22,639 bases of DNA, taken from NCBI RefSeq assembly GCF_006345805.1, contig NW_021836949.1, positions 1 through 22,639 of the forward strand. The letters run 5' to 3'. How positions within the stretch are numbered: the first letter of the stretch is position 1; each line of letters begins with the position of its first letter. Positions 21,346-22,639 of the stretch are shown one piece after another. The notes beneath the pieces were generated by a model. That model did not search any database and was not told the DNA's origin. It saw only the letters and a program-made list of their open reading frames with translations. The DNA is from Octopus sinensis. Its lineage: Eukaryota. A program made the position numbers and the translations under genes.

Positions 21346-21730
21346 TCTCTCTATATATAAACGGCAGTTTGTCTGTGCGTGTTTCTGTGTGTCTGTTTGC
21401 TTGTACCCTCACCCTGACCACGGCTTTCAACCGATTCTGATGAAACTTGACACACACATAGCCCAATGTCATAATTCAAAACTAACGCAGCCAAAATTTT
21501 GAAAAGTTTCCCCAGTTCTGAAAAAAACGATAAATTCGACATGGGGTCGAGAATCAGAAACACGAACCACAAACTGTCTAGGGGACGCAACTCCATCCTT
21601 TTTTAAACTCTCAAAAAAAATTTACCATCATTTTTTTCCATTTTTTTGCTATTTTTTGGCTATAACTCTCTAAAAATGCTTTATAGTTATTTCCCTTACA
21701 AATCTGAGCAACGCCGGGCGATACTGCTAG
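21346..21730 (+). mobile_element. Non-autonomous Helitron (385 bp)
   Basis: 5' terminus TCTCTCTATATATAAACGG follows an A (21345). 3' terminus GAGCAACGCCGGGCGATACTGCTAG has a GC-rich imperfect hairpin and is followed by T (21731). There is no TSD. TC...CTAG in an A|T site is the established Helitron signature. Confidence 0.88.
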
Positions 21731-22056
21731 TAAGTATATATGTATGCATACATTTCTATGCATTGCTTGTATGTGTGACTAGATACGGGCACCCCTTTGC
21801 GTCTAAAAACATTCTCATGCGATGGGTATGCGCATGTATTCATGTCTGAAATGTTGTAACTACATTGTGTGTATGTAAGTGTGTATATATGTGTATGTAT
21901 ATATATATATAAGGAGTTACAACATCTTTACTTGTGAGATTTTTGCTGCCCTGGTAACTATTCATTCATTTATCCGTGTTAATGCTAACAGGTAAAATAC
22001 ACTCATCTATTATTATATATTATATATATATATATATATATTTATATATTTATATA

Positions 22057-22116
22057 CTCGTTGGAATTTGAACCCAGAACGTAAAGTCAGACGGAATGCC
22101 GCTAAGCATTTTGCTC
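22057..22116 (-). mobile_element. Fragment of SINE family D head
   Basis: The reverse complement GCAAAATGCTTAGCGGCATTCCGTCTGACTTTACGTTCTGGGTTCAAATTCC aligns with 12681-12731. Confidence 0.85.
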
Positions 22117-22366
22117 TGTGTTTCCATATATATATATAGATAATATATATATTATTCAAAGAAATTCCAACTCTGTCTGTTTTTTATGTCTTATTTATAT
22201 TCTTTGTAATATTAACGTAGAATGTAGAATATATAGTATAAATAATATATATAGTATATATAGTAAAATGAAATGAAGTATTGAATATAAAATATTAAGG
22301 GACTAGTATACTTTCTTGCATTAAAGCAGTCTTCAAGGTCCAAGGTTGTGACAGGAGTGTTTCAAC

Positions 22367-22399
<33 letters not shown>

Positions 22400-22541
22400 T
22401 GTGTGTGTGTATGTATATGTATATATGTATATATATATATATCTGTATGTATGTGTGAACATCAGGCTAAATGCATGGGCATAATGTTTTTTTCAATATT
22501 TCGTGTCATACGCATCATGCTTTATTTTTACTTGTGTGCAG

Positions 22542-22616
22542 GGTAATGCAAGTGAAAATGCGCGTAACTGCCGAAACACTAGAAAAAGCAAAGAGACAGA
22601 ATTCCTGCAAAAATAG
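22542..22616 (+). other. Candidate terminal coding exon segment (GNASENARNCRNTRKSKETEFLQK*)
   Basis: Acceptor CTTTATTTTTACTTGTGTGCAG|, open in phase 0 to TAG at 22614-22616. Motif evidence only. Confidence 0.15.
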
Positions 22617-22639
22617 TTTTTGAGATCTTAAAAGGTTTC

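Noticed and set aside
21960-21990. Plus-strand CTAACAG|GTAAAA as a recursive site (similarly TTTTTAG|GTCAAC at ~10070 and CTGCAG|GTGTAC at 14807)
   Set aside because: The donors are poor matches to consensus and the pyrimidine tracts are short or interrupted.
655-22000. ORFs in the supplied six-frame track
   Set aside because: Most are translations of TA, CA, GA or trinucleotide repeats (YI, HT, VC, RE, poly-L/S/V) or run through SINE/Helitron sequence. None resembles a protein family I recognise.
1-22639. CRISPR arrays, rRNA, functional tRNA genes, or prokaryotic operon and terminator structure
   Set aside because: There is no regularly spaced repeat-spacer array and no rRNA-like sequence. 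The only complete tRNA shape is degenerate, and the window is eukaryotic repeat-rich DNA.

Overview
This is AT-rich eukaryotic non-coding DNA, intronic or intergenic, saturated with (TA)n, (CA)n, (GA)n and trinucleotide microsatellites. The repeat landscape (several tRNA-derived SINE families plus very high microsatellite density) resembles what I recall of octopod cephalopod genomes; that is recognition from memory, not a database result. No protein-coding gene can be confidently called. Most ORFs in the track are microsatellite or repeat read-throughs, and none of the rest resembles a protein I recognise. Supported features: nine SINE copies or fragments in four working families (A-D), one with an 11-bp target-site duplication; a non-autonomous Helitron (TC...CTAG in an A|T site); a Helentron/HINE-type element; a decayed 72-nt tRNA-Glu(CTC) directly upstream of a SINE; a 71-bp near-perfect inverted repeat; smaller fold-backs; a ~134-bp tandem duplication; and CTCF- and YY1-like motifs. 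The most interesting unexplained signals are a minus-strand recursive-splice-site-like motif at ~4528 with a 52-nt RS-exon-like segment, the long inverted repeat (possible dsRNA/ADAR substrate), the terminator-free tRNA-SINE tandem, and three small phase-compatible candidate plus-strand exons. All splice-related calls are motif-only and need RNA data.
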